From positions 7,750,001 through 7,814,000 of the forward strand of contig OX597822.1 in the NCBI GenBank assembly GCA_951406725.2: 64,000 bases of DNA. The letters are read 5' to 3'. Positions 39,943 to 53,882 of this stretch are shown here, piece by piece. Origin of the DNA: Octopus vulgaris. Taxonomy: Eukaryota. A program made the position numbers and the translations under genes. The notes under the pieces were generated by a model. The model saw only the letters and a list, made by a program, of their open reading frames with translations. It was not told where the DNA came from and did not search any database. Numbering within the stretch: position 1 is the first letter of the stretch; each line of letters starts with the position of its first letter.

Positions 39943-42370
39943 ATCTATCTGTCTATTTATTTATCTATATATGTATGTGCGTGTATGATTTATGTGTGTA
40001 TGTGCTTATATATATATATATGTCATTCTGCATGTCCGTGTGTGAGTGTTTATATACTCAAGAGGTACAAACATGTATCTATGGCGTTGCTAGTTTACCC
40101 CTGGAACTGTGGTGGTGGAAATCCTATCACTACCGCATTATGAATATTATGACTTGCAACAGGGGACGCTTCTAATTTCGTACCTGATGTAAGTAGAAAC
40201 AACTCTCGCAAGATAGTAAAAAATTTAAGAGAGAAAATACGCGTTTACCGTATTAACCGTAAGGAGAGGGAACCATGAAACTCCCTCTCCAGCACCTCCT
40301 CTTGACATTTAAGGAACATCAAAAGTACATTCCCATGACTTCAACCCTCCTTAAACATATGCAATTTCCCTTAGACACTGCACATAATCCGACAGTTTGC
40401 AGTATTCATTATTAGGGACAATATCCTATCTTTTTCTTACCATTACAGATATATACTGAAAATGAAATTCGAGACTCACGCTGCTGATAAGTATGGCTAT
40501 GTATTGAATTTCTGCTGCTCGTAGAGATAACAGCCAACATCTGTGATATACATTCATTTGCAACCTAACGCTATAAATTATGTTTCTGCCGAAGGATAAC
40601 TGTCGTCGTTATATTGTCATATCCTTCATAATAATAACTAGTTGACTGTCTGACGGCAGCATATTGCGTTCGTTTTCCTCAGTAAATTTCAACTATCCGT
40701 CACTATATAATCCTACGTAATGCTGTCGAATCGTAACAGCAAAGTGTCTGCACCACGTAGACGTAACAATAAAATAATCGATATCATTAAGATAGCAAAA
40801 ACACCAATATAACCGTGAATTTGCGACAGATATATCTAGGAGATATTTTTATTTTGTAAAATTTCTAACCACTGTGACTCTAGACATTGTGTAAGATGGA
40901 CGTGTCCTAAGACAACGAAATTTATATACGATGCAGCGAAATGAAACGACTCTGAGATTTGTTTAACTTAACTCAAATATACTGAGTAGTTTCGGTCGTA
41001 AACACGACCGCACACCCACACACACACACACTCAATCACCCACATATAGTTTGGGCAGATTATCTTATAATCCGTTGTCCATAAACATCCTGTATCCTAC
41101 CAAGGCAGAAGCGCGGTCATCATTTAGAAGCTTATATTCGCCATTAAATGGTATTCATTCATGTTTCTATAAGATGAGAATTGCTCGAACCTCTAGAAAT
41201 TTTTGACTACATCTCTGCCATTGTTACTGGGCAATAGGACGAAAATATAGCGGTGACGGAATATTTAGGACTTCTTTTAAGAGATAACCTCTGCTGCACC
41301 AGAAGCAATTAAGCAATATTTATATTTAATTAACCTATTCCTTCATATTTCCAGTGATAAGAGGGAGCTGTTTCCCTTTGTATTTGCTGTCTAAGAACTG
41401 CTCTGCTGTTCCACAATTACGTCTGTTAGCGTCGATTTCGCGTTTTATGATTTTTCTATCAGATTGGAAAATTCTTTTACAGATTTGTCAGCATTGCAAG
41501 ACATTATTTAGATTGTTCGATTCGTGCATGGTAAGAATGGCTTTGAATATCACTTGGGGAGATCGGCTGACTACAGAGCAATTATAAGGGAAGTTTGTCT
41601 AGTATCAGACATCATCAAAAAGCGTAGAGTTAGATTTGCAGGGCATTGCTGGAGAGTTTTCGATGAAATTGTTAGTGAAATTCCTTTTGTGGGAGTCAAC
41701 ATTAGGGAGATATGGCATGGAAAGACAAGCCAACACTCATATCCAGCAGATTTGAGACGGTATATACGGCAATCCCTTTGATCTACCGAATATGATGTAC
41801 AACAGTGTCACACGAACCTGAGCAAGCAGTCCGATAGGCGTATTATACAGAAGATTAGTTATACAAGACAAGACTAATTACAGTGATTGCAGATAAATAA
41901 TTCTGAGAACGATACCGTATTAATTAAGCCTTAGAGCAGGGAAAGCTTTTACTTCCGTACCTGATATAGGTGAAAACTAAAAGGGTCAGGCATGTTACAT
42001 ACATATAAATCCTAAGCATATTTTTGTATCCAGAAACTGCAACTATGTACACCCATTCTTTAGCTGAAAGATTTCAAATACCGAATGTTCCCGTTTTCTC
42101 CATTAAATACTAAGTTTTTAAGTTACTCTACTCAGGAGTATATATTTTATCTCACAACATTTCTTTAGTGAGCTTCATATCACGAGGCAAACGAATCAAA
42201 AATCTAAATTTCTAGAAAATGAAGAAACGCTAGACTACAAGACACATTAATTGGTTTTCCTCGAAGACAATTATATATCTCGCCTCTTTTCATTTATTTC
42301 TAAACGAGTAACCCGGTGAATAGATGCTCGAAAACTGATAACAAATTTAAAATTTCCAAGTTAACAAAAG
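38560..42370 (+). pseudogene. Decayed Toll-like receptor, unit T6, possibly multiple-cysteine-cluster type
   Basis: SIEPAAF, IHLQPNAINYV, ILHNNN*L, SLYNPT*CC (40700-40726). Second LRRNT-like IYIRCSEMKRL, then LSYNPL, FRSLY..NGI, LCHC. TIR AERFQIP, RSIYFISQHFFSE (42134-), LVFLED, KLITNLKFP. Confidence 0.45.
41520..41835 (+). mobile_element. RTE-clade LINE 3' fragment
   Basis: MVRMALNITWGDRLTTEQL and SDIIKKRRVRFAGHCWR. Confidence 0.75.
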
Positions 42371-42791
42371 ACTAGCGAGGTTTAGAACAAGAAACCGTTT
42401 AAATGCAATAAGTCTTGATACACCCGTCACGAAAAGTACATATTTAAAAATCTTGGTTATGTGGGAGTGTCTGTGATTATGCGAGTGTATACGTGTGTAT
42501 ACAATTTTGAGAGTTTGGAGATGTGTTAATTCACCATTAAATATCTTCTATATTGTCTGCAAAATATATGTAGGGATATTTTATTGCGTTGCTACACATA
42601 CATTCGCTTTCACCCTCTAACACATCACACACGCGCGCACGCGCATAAGGACACATTCATCCACGTATACATACGCGAATATGTATATACATGTCACTAT
42701 AAATATACTGCCCATATACGTCTATAATTATGTGTAGAGTGTTTGACGCAGTGTGTAGTGTGAATCTGTGTATATCTAAACTATTATATAT

Positions 42792-42847
<56 letters not shown>

Positions 42848-43641
42848 TTACATGTATGTTACTGTGTAAGATTTTATACGTTTATATATTACACTTTTTA
42901 TCAATATTTAAACCTATGGTTCCTAATAGCTCTTATCTTTAGTTTCCAAAGGAGAAATATAAAATAAAAATAAAAAATGTAATGCAAATATACATTTTCT
43001 AAACTATACAATGAATGAAGTCGAAACTTAGCTGATTCTTAAAGTGTTAAAATTTCAGATGCTCTGATAAAAATTTAGTACACCTTAGAGATATAACTTT
43101 TAAATAAATAGCTTTAACAGAAATAATTATAGAATAGTAAGTTGTTTTATTCAGTCTTATAGCAGTGGGTTTTATGCCTTTTATGTTTAAAATGACCTTG
43201 TTATGAATAATTTGTCGCTATTAAAACTAATATATAGCCTTCTTTAACTTTTATAATTTTGCTCTTTCCTGCTTAGTTACTTACGTTTTCGTTTGTTTCT
43301 AACTGTCTTTTGTTGTCTCTCTTCATTTATATGCCTGTTTAGAACGCTAACATTAAAAAGATAAAATGATTGATGACATTTCAAAGCATTTCTTACTTTC
43401 TTTGATATTTGCATTATTTAAACTTTCAACTACATAAATGTATATTTCCGTTACTTCACTTCTCTACTACCATTATCTCTCATCCACTGACATTACAAAA
43501 CTATGAAAGAATGAAAAAAGGAAAACGTTAACAACAGAGCATTGAACAAAAAATATATATACAGAACTGCAAAGTCGTATCATAGCTTAAAGGAATTTCT
43601 AAATTTCGAAAATCATACAACTACGCAGAGTGTAAGTATAA

Positions 43642-43681
<40 letters not shown>

Positions 43682-44101
43682 ACACACAGTTTATCAAGTA
43701 TAAATCTATCAATATATAAACTATAGAAAAACACACTGTGTATACGCATGTTATACTTAAACTATTTATCAATAAATTTATATTTTGCCTTTCTGTTTTC
43801 ATTGTTTTGATACATTTTTTGTAAACATTTTATTGGATGCAATTCACAAATCACAAAAATTACCCTTGTAGCTATTGTTGAATCTTACCACCAACCGATG
43901 TATGTATATCTAATTTTGTTTTATATAATATAACCCGCAGGATCTAATGCTTTTCCTATTTTTGCGAGATAACTTAGTGTGTTTATTTCAATGTTGTTCT
44001 TCTCATTGTTTTTACCCAAATCAAACAACTTAGATAGACAAAATGGCAAGTACAACATAGATATTTTGCACAAACACACACACACTCACACACACACACA
44101 C

Positions 44102-44132
<31 letters not shown>

Positions 44133-44184
44133 GATACACACAAACACATATATATGTGTGTACATATATACATTTACATATACC

Positions 44185-44220
<36 letters not shown>

Positions 44221-46577
44221 TATATATAATGAATATATGCACACACACACATGTGTGATCAAATATTAGATTATATTACAAATATATATATTCTTACATA
44301 TATTATAGTACATCACACAGAATAACATAAAAAAGAACATATCTAGCAATTTATTAAAACATTTAGGTGAATTATTTCTCTCGAAGAAATAAGCTCTCTT
44401 AGTGAATGTGACTGATTATATGTTATAAATATATGTAAGTACGTAAGTACGTGCGTGTGTGATCAATCTGTCTTTTTGCGAATATATTGTATCATTGGCA
44501 AATATATCAGCTAAAATATCGTCGCGTACAGAAACGTATAGTCGGTTATTCTCATAGAATTCCCAAGCTAGAGAAATGAAACAAAAGTTTCAAAACGTAT
44601 CAACTGAAACTGCTTGTAGCTTTGGGGCAAGCTGATCGCAATAGTGTGTAGCCACCTGCCGAACACTGTTGTGTGTGTCTTTGAATAGTGTATGTATCTT
44701 TCTATTTCATTTCTCCCTCCTTTCTCTTTCTCTTTCTCCACTAACCACGCGCGCACACATGCATATATATGAGTGTATGTGTGTGTGTCTGGGTGGAGCA
44801 TTCACCAAAAAAAATTACGAAAACAGGTGGTGTAGACAATAAACAATCTATCTATCTACGCCATGAACTTAACAGTACCCACACGGATGCGGTGGCTAGA
44901 ATTGCTGTGTGTAGTGAACCTACGTTTTTGAATATCGCATATCCAATACTCATGTCAGAGATCCTCCGCATATATGAAGAACGGAGTTGATCTACACTTT
45001 GAAACTTTAAAACTGAAACATCTTCATATGTTTTGACATATGATAACGCAAGTTCATAATTTGTTATAGATAATAGGTTATGAAAACAAGAAATCACGTT
45101 CATACAATACGGCATACATGTATCACATTATTCGAAATAAAATCAGATATATTATAAAACTCTCTTGAGTAACTGCCTGTATGTTTATCTATTTTCCTTT
45201 CATTTTTTTCTTTCTCAACTGCTGTAAATACATACATGCTTGGAACGAGGCATACGTACGTAAATACAAATTCAGACTCTTTAGCACAAGCACACATTTA
45301 TAAATATATATGAATATATATATCTAAGAACGAAGGATTTTAATCGCGGTTCACTGGCATAATTTATGGTGCACGAACTAATTGCAATATATAGAATCAA
45401 CTTTCGCTATCCTTAATATCGTGTATTCCAGCCACTTTTTCACAAATGTAATAAAAGCAACAGATATTTAAAAAGAATTATAGAAAAATATGTAAACTCG
45501 CAAACATGGGCAGGAATTCAAGCAAACATTCACAAAGTGTGATAGGAAAGTGTAAATCGCAATTATCCAATCTTTTGAAGCATTGAAGATTGGCATAAAA
45601 TCATTTGAAGTGACATTCGAAAAAGGAATTTTACACAACTGGGTCTAGTAAAGCCTGGTGTAAGTTGTTGGTAACTGGAACCAAATGCTGAAATAAAACG
45701 ACGGCAATAAAATCGAGGAGGAAGCATGGATTATGCAAAGTGTGATATGATTCGTAGGCGTTCAAATATGATCATACATGAATACAATCGCCAACTCGTT
45801 AGTATATTACTAAAACAATCTAGCTGAAGATATACGCACATATGCACAGTTATACTTACACACACAAACACAGATACACACACAAAGATCAGTCACACAT
45901 TCAAATATAAACAGTTAATACCACACACACAGTCGAAACCAACCGCGCCCTTACACACGTAGTCAGTTACTGCCATACACACACATGATATTATAACACA
46001 CGCGCCCACACATGCCCACACAGACACACAGAGAGCTTTTTGCGTTACCGTATGCCAAAACAACTGGAAATGTTTCATGACAAAAAGTTTCCACGACAAG
46101 TGTATTGAGCATGCGATGTTCAAAAATGCAGAAACGCAGATACACACACAGATGTACACGTATGTATGAATTTGACGACCGAGGGAGTAGTGGCAAACCT
46201 ATCGGCATTTCATTTTTTTTCGCTGAACAACTGAAACGTACGTAATATAGTCCTCACTAAAGGGCGCAAACATGAAACCTAAGCAAAGACTACTAGGCAC
46301 ACTGATACTAACAATACTAATTATATTATAACCAATACAATTAATATTACATATACTTCAACTACTAGTAGTACTAGCAATCATATTAATACCGACACCA
46401 ACGGCAATATCACCATTAGTGAAAATAGTACTATTACTAACACTCCTACCACAAACACAACTATTAATAGCCGCAGTAATAACATCACTAATAGCACCTC
46501 CTCTACGCATATACACACACACACACAAAGACGCGCACCCACATATGTCCATATGCATGGTTTTTGATTTTTGAGAA

Positions 46578-46750
46578 CATAGCCGTATTTCGTCTGCCTT
46601 TACGTTCTGAGTTCAAATTCCGCTGAGGTCGACTTTGCCAGTCATCATTTCGGAATCGATAAATTAAGTACCAGTTGCATACTGGGGTCGATGCAATCGA
46701 TTGGCCGCCACCCAGAAATTTCGGGCCTTGTACCTAGGGTAGAAAAGAAC
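46578..46750 (+). mobile_element. SINE family C, 5'-truncated
   Basis: GAGTTCAAATTCC B-box and TCGATAAATTAAGTACCAG core. Confidence 0.8.
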
Positions 46751-47784
46751 ATTTGTCAACCTATAAGGTGTGTGCTACTTTGCACGTGAGTGTACATACA
46801 CAGAGTTTTGTGTGTTGTGAATGTGTCCAATTTTATACGAGCGTATATTTTCTTATATATGTATGGGTTGCGATGTGTATGTACGAGCACGATGGAGAAA
46901 TTTGCACAAGTTTGCGGAGGTGCTTGGAGAACAACCTGCGCTTGCTTTTGTGTCGAATCTGGTTATGAATATCCTCAGTGAATATTCTCTATGAAATACC
47001 TCACCGATGTCAACGTAGATGTTGATTCTGTTTTCTAGTTACGATGAATGCCATTGACTGTTCATGTTGTTGCTCTTGTTATCGCCGTCATATATAAACA
47101 GCTGTCTTCTTATTTTTGGTACATTATCTTTTAGGCATTTCTTTCTCCACTAATCGACCTAAAATTTAGATAGCTTAAAATCGATCTTCTCTACATGTTT
47201 ACCTATTTTCAGAAGCAAGATGGACTGAATGGAGCGAAAGACTGTTTCATTCTGTTGAGTTTAACAGCTCGGAGAACTATGGTATGTGAGTATTGCTGAC
47301 TTCACATACAATGTATATTTGCTGTTGCTGATATAGAAATAATTGTCCATCACGTCTCATATTGTTTGGCACTATCTATATGATGCGATTTTCGGCTATA
47401 AGATTTACAATGCGGATGTTTCATTATATTGCTAACATGGCTCGTGGATCATTATCTGTATTTTTATAGCAGCGCTGTTAATAGTATATAGTATTGTAAA
47501 TAATTTGTAAGCAGAAAATATCTATATACAGAACAAGATTAGTGAGTGAGTGTATTTGCCAGAGTTTAAAATCTTTCTGGAAATTCAGTGACTACTAAAA
47601 TGGCAAAATACTTGTAATGCACCAGTAATTCCGTGAGTATGACAAAATAATTGTTTATTTTCTAAAATTGTGTATGCAGTTTATCTTAAAACTATCTATC
47701 TATCTATCTACATATCTACGCACACGCACACACACACACATACACATATACATATATATATATCTATATATATATATGTATGTA

Positions 47785-48180
47785 TCTTTATATATAAAAG
47801 AGAGGTTGTGTGCTGTCTGTCTCCTACGATTTAGATTCCTAACTACTCCCACATTTTGCGGTGCAGTTTAACCAAAACCGGGTATCTTATAGTCGTGATT
47901 CATATCGAGCCCTTCTGGGTATTAGCGCGCGTCTACGATGAGTCTACGATTGTAAAACAAAATTACCAATTTTTCCCATTTTTAATGTATTTTTGGCATA
48001 TATAAGGGAAGTAACTTTCTAAAAATGTATTATTAAATCTCAGAACGTAAAAAGCTACAGTAAGCCCCCCACCCCTTTGTGGCTAGCCATATTGACATGG
48101 CTATTATACTTTACATCTCTAAAAATGCTTAGTTATTTATTCCCCTTACAAACCCGAGCAACACCGGGCGATACTGCTAG
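47785..48180 (+). mobile_element. Non-autonomous Helitron family H1, full length
   Basis: A|TC start, CCCGAGCAACACCGGG hairpin, CTAG|T end. Confidence 0.9.
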
Positions 48181-48926
48181 TATATATATACATAAGTAAT
48201 TAATATAGACAGCAGTGTGTAATATGTTAGCAAAAACGAAAACTATAATGCTCAGTAAATATGCGAAACTGCACATAACTGTATACATAACTGAATACAT
48301 ATATGCAGACTGGGACCGTAATCGCCCGAAAGCACCAGTCTAGAATCCCCTACACTGATTGGCCACATTCGGCTTTTACCAGATCCTCATTAGCAGGGAC
48401 GGTTTGGCTCGGCTGATTCCAGGCGAAAGTCACAATCGGTATATATGTATTCGTCATAGAAAATTACGTATGATTCAGGGAATCGCTAATGTGTATATAT
48501 ATATAAATATATATATATATATTTACGTTTGTGAGTGCGGGGGATTTAATAACCACAATATATATTATTATGTTCTACTTTTAGGTTCATACATAATTAT
48601 AATAAGATGGTAATAGCCTCTTTCGGCGTCTATTTTTCTAACACGTGGAGAGACTTATAGCCAATCCCTTGTTATAGCTATGTATATAATTATCAAAATA
48701 TTTGTAAAATTTGCCTATAAGGTCTTTATTTTCCGCGCTCACCCCCTGATAAAATCAATAATAATTTTTACCCTTTATTATAATATATATAATTATTGTT
48801 ATTATAATCAAGGAGAAAATATATACACGATTGAAGAAGGTAGCTAGCGTATAAAACCTTTTAGGAATTAATAAATACTGAGTATATATTTTTTTATAAA
48901 AACTTAAAAGGGCAAACTACATAATA

Positions 48927-49445
48927 ATGCCAGATGCTAGAAGAAGAAGTCAAATGACTCTGAAGCTACCTCATTTATCACAGACACATGGGCTGAAAGC
49001 TATGGAGACCAAACTCAACATTGAAATTGTTGAAAAGCCAAGGAATTCCATCAGATCACTACTATGTAGGATGTACCGGTTTAAGAATACCATATGCACC
49101 AATGATAACTGCACTGTATGTAGGATTAGCCCTGGTATTAACTGTAGAACTCGAAATGTAGTTTACAGCATAAGATGCATAGAAGGTGCTTGTAAGGACA
49201 TGAACATGATGTACATAGGGGAGACGTCTAGGAGCATTGTGGAATGAATAAATGAACATCTAAGACAATATGACGAGAGAAAACAGTCCTCCATACTCTA
49301 CCAACATGTCAAAGACCACCATGGAGGTAACTTGGGTCAACTTGACATCCGCATCTTATCCAAGCACCCAAAAGACCCAACACTCAGACAAATACGGGAG
49401 TACGTCCTTATAAATGAAACCTCCCCAATATTAAATAGGAAATAT
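48927..49445 (+). mobile_element. Penelope-like GIY-YIG endonuclease relic
   Basis: CTNDNCTVC..NCRTRNVVYSIRC..C..MYIGETSRSIVE*INEH..ILYQHVKDHH..RQIREYVLINETSPILN. Confidence 0.88.
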
Positions 49446-50258
49446 ACACAATAAATACCATACCCCCATACCCACAGTTTACACAGGTAGAGTAGAATAG
49501 TTAGTGGACTGTTAGGTCGATAAATGTATGTATGTGGGTGTGAGTGTATGTGTATGCCTTTTTTAATCATTATTCTTTTGTTTTTTTGTTTTTATTATAT
49601 TTTATATATTTTATATTGTTTTATTTTTTACTTTTTAATATTTTTTACTTTTTATCATTTTTTAAATTTCTGTATGTAAGCATTTAGATATGTAAATAAA
49701 CAGATCAACATACAGACGGATAGGTACATATGGTTACAAGAAGAGACACATATGGAAACACGGATCCATACATATAAAATGCACATCCATACATACAACC
49801 ATGGTAAATAGTTACATAACACACACACACACACACACAGATATGCACACACAAGGAGACAGAGGTGCCTACATATACAAACACATGCTCACACACATAC
49901 ATAGAAAATACACAAACACGGACAGGCAAGCACATAAATATGCAGGATACGAACATACAGATGCACACACATATATACATACACATGCAAACACACACAC
50001 ACACATACATACGTACATGCATGCATGTATAGGCACACACACACATACTGACCCACATGCGCACAAACAAACAAAAGAGAACATTTTAGAAAATGAAAAT
50101 AAGAAATAAGCGGAAATTTTACCGGAGAGTGTGTTAAATAAAAAGGCACTAAAAGAGAATGACTCTTCCCAGACACAACAGAATATGCTTCAACACACGA
50201 ACTCATATAAAGAATCTTGCAAACCAAATCCATATATAAAATAATTTTTAAATGTTTA

Positions 50259-50319
50259 GCCACAGATCAATTGATTTCTAGTTGAGGGTTACGAGTTCCT
50301 TTACCGTCATCAATATGAC
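50259..50319 (-). ncRNA. Degenerate type I hammerhead in an inverted Penelope pLTR
   Basis: GTCATA-TTGATGA-(partial stem II)-GAAAT-CAATTG-ATC-TGTGGC. Stem I pairs fully with wobbles. Confidence 0.55.
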
Positions 50320-50799
50320 ATAACTTAACGTACATAATAATTAACATTTATACCTACAATACGTACACAAACGTATCCCCTGTTCAAATACATATGTTCA
50401 TATTTATATGTACAGTTTAAATCTAGATGTGGGAACAAGTATGCAGTATATCCATAAATAATCAAAATTGTGCATACATACTCAAATTTGTACACCCCTA
50501 AAAATATTGGTGTGGGTCTCGTAAAGTCAGAAAAAATTCGATTGGTAAAATATTTTAAAAAAATGATAGCGTTCCTGTATGACCTGATTAAATCGATATA
50601 AAGAAAAAAAAGTAAGTTGTATTATTTCTAAAACAAAGACGCTTCATCATGAGAGATGATAGCGGTTCCATCAACACACACACCACACCCCATCACACAG
50701 TACAGTCACTCCGCTAATGAGCATTTAAATGTATTTTAAGACCAGCTGCTGTCTGACAGAGTTTAAAACACAAGTGACAGATATTAATCAAGTTTCTTC

Positions 50800-52860
50800 T
50801 ATATATTTGCCCTTTGGGATCTGCAGACAATACACAGACTTTATAGACACTCGACTTCCATTCTAATAAAATGTGAAGTACATCTCATTTGGTCCAAGAT
50901 GACATGTTCAATTTAGCTGCAACGTGCCAAGCGCCAAACTTCTTGATTCCTAAGATACGGCTGAGGCACTTTTGATGAATTCTCTCCGGCATTTTTTTTT
51001 GTGACATCCAAGTCTCACTTGAACAAGGAAATGCAGACAATACACAGACTTTATAGACACTGATTTTTGTTTGCTACCTAAATGCAACACATCCCTTCCC
51101 TATCTCTGCATCAAAACCACCATCTCTTGTCAGTGTGCTACCTAGGTAAACAGAGGTGTCAATCACTTCTAACCTTGTTCCATTCATAAAAATATTTCGT
51201 TCCGAATAAATTTGTCCTGGCACGGGAGTGCACATTACTTTGGTGTTCCTCAAACTAATTTTGATTCCGAAATGTACACGTACAGTGGAAAATCTATCCA
51301 TTAAATGTTGCAAATCCCTCTCTGGGTGTGCCAACAAATCAGCATCATCAGTATAAAGTGATTCTCTAACAAATATTTTGAATGTACTTGCTTTGCAGTT
51401 AAACCGGATCAAATTAAAAATACAACTAGATGACCGGATTAGCCCATTGCAATCCGTGAAAGCATACCAGATTAATGCAGCAAAGTGACTTGAGAAAAGT
51501 GTAGGGGCAGGAATATATCCCTGTTTGACACCGTTGTCCATCGAAAATTCATGACTATCTAAGCTTTTATGTTTCTGTGTAGTTCCTTAGAAATGCTCAC
51601 AGAATGTGTTGGACAATGAACGATACACAAAAAACCAACAGTGCCTCCGTGTTTACCAGTCACATGCCTTAGTTACATCTATGAAGACCTGGTATGGTGG
51701 CATTTGCTCCTCTTAGCATTTCTCTTTAACCTGCTTCACAGAAAATATTATTCCATTTTTGCTCATTCAGGTTTGGAACCATACTGTTCATCAGGAATCA
51801 CATGTGGACACACATTCTCAACAAGACGATCTAACGTAATCTTTGAAAGTATCTTCCCGGTATGTGCTAGAAGAATTATCCTTCTAGAATTAGCACAAAC
51901 TGCTTTCGGGCCCTTGCCCGTATATAGAGAGATGAGAATTACATTTATTCATTCCAAACTCGAGTTATCAGTTTATGGATTTCAGATGAAATATGATCCC
52001 CACCTCCTTTCAGAATTTCAACTGGAATACCATCCAATCCAGGAGCTTTAGCTAATCTCAGTTTACATAATGTCAGATTTAGTTCTTCATCCAGGTGTTG
52101 TACTATCTCACTTTGCCGAATGTTGTTTAAGATATCCATGTTCATTACAGACGGAATGTGGAAAAGAGCTGGAAAGTGTTCTCTCCATTTATTCATTATT
52201 CAAGAAGGATCTTTAATAAGCTCATTTCCCTCTTCCGACTTCAAGGGACATATGATGGTGAAGATTGCGGTTCAAAAGCTTGCCGCAATAAACTATAGAA
52301 CATTTTAATGCATTTCTTGTCAAAAGCCGCCTGTACTTTCTCAGACAAATTTCTCCACGAAGTGTCTTTAAGCCTTCTGATATCTTTTTGCAAGTCCACT
52401 TTCTGAGACTTGTACAACTTTTCTAGTTGCACTTTCATCTTAACGTTTGGGTCAAAAAACTTTCCATGAGTGAACCTGTGTTGCAAAAATTAATTTATCA
52501 CTGTATCATTGGAATCAAACTCCTCACGGTGTTGTCTTCTCTTAAAACCTAACATCTCTGATCCCATTTTATATATTCCATTACGGAAAGATGGCCAAGT
52601 ACCTTCAAAATGAACATTGTTGCATCTCTTTTGAAAAAACTGCAAAAGTTGTGGTTGTTTTAGCCACTTTACATCGATTTTCGTTGGTACTCATACGCCT
52701 GTATTAAGACTCCTCTTAAGGACTCTGAACTTGAAATTGGCCCAAATAATTTTATGATCAGTATCAAAATCAGCATCTCGCAATACTGTGAGACTGCACA
52801 AATCTTGAATGTTAGCTTTCCGAGTTAATACAATATGAATCATGTGACACTGCTTTTACC
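50800..52860 (-). mobile_element. RTE-clade (BovB-like) LINE, decayed APE end and RT
   Basis: DADFDTDH, KAPGLDGIPVE, GVKQGYIPAPTLF, LYTDDADL, GIKISLRNTKVM, YLGS. Confidence 0.92.
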
Positions 52861-52879
52861 AGGTAACTTTATATTCTTC

Positions 52880-53230
52880 CAACCGGTCAAATCTGCATAC
52901 GTCAGCAGGCCCCTAATTACAAGGTCTTGCACCTGCTTTCGGGATATTTGATATAAATCCCTTCATCGGAATCGTGTGAGTAAATGGTTAAGCAATATAT
53001 ATTCTAGATAACATATGAAATAAAAAGTGAAATGGGGGCATGAACATAGACGTGGGATATGCAGGGATATTGTACCTGCAGTTCCAATAGTATATAAAAT
53101 TGGTCATTCCAAGCATAAAGTTTTTAAGCGGTGTTATTGAATCGAGGCTTCTTTTGGAGTGTCTCCTCATTCGTACTTACTCATCATTACCTGACACCTT
53201 TGGGTTTTCTTGATACCATTACCTCTCATA
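52880..53230 (-). mobile_element. Penelope-type 3' fragment with a degenerate hammerhead
   Basis: TLCLE* (C.LCL.EK-like). CCGATGA-A-GGGAT..ATCCC-GAAA at 52937-52969. Confidence 0.5.
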
Positions 53231-53234
53231 AGCT

Positions 53235-53281
<47 letters not shown>

Positions 53282-53487
53282 TGTATGTGTACATTATGTG
53301 TGTGTGTTTTAAACTATCAAGAACAGACATAAATTAATTGAATAATAAATACGTAATAAGTATAAACATTTCCTTATCAATGTACGCACTAAATGATCCA
53401 TATATAATTGAGTATACGTATCAAAAGCGCACACGCACTACTATATACATATACTCACATTTACATAGACTCGAATATATATATACT

Positions 53488-53882
53488 AAGGCGGCGAGCT
53501 GGCAGAAACGTTAGTGTGCCGGGCGAAATGCTTAGCGGTATTTCGTCTGCCGTTACGTTCTGAGTTCAAATTCCACCGCGGTCGACTTTGCCTTTTATCC
53601 TTTCGGGGTCGATTAAATAAGTACCGGTTACGCACTGGCGTCGGTATAATCGACTTAATCCGTTTGTCTGTCTTGTTTGTCCTCTCTGTGTTTAGCCCCT
53701 TGTGGGTAGTAAAGAAATTGGTATTTCGTCTGCGGCTACGTTCTGAGTTCAAATTCCGCCAACGTCGATTTTGCCTTTCACCTTTTCGGAGGTCGATAAT
53801 TTAAGTACCAGTTGTGTGGTGGTGTCGATCTAATGGACTGCTACCCCTGTGATAAAAGCCCTGTGCCTAGAGTGGAAAAGGA
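53488..53882 (+). mobile_element. tRNA-derived SINE family C with internal tandem duplication
   Basis: GGCGGCGAGCTGGCAGAA head, B-box GAGTTCAAATTCC twice, CCTTTCGGGGTCGATTAAATAAGTACC core. Confidence 0.9.

Noticed and set aside
45330-45830. Possible old LINE RT fragment
   Set aside because: No RT motif holds up. An LRR-like reading fits better and was assigned tentatively to T7.
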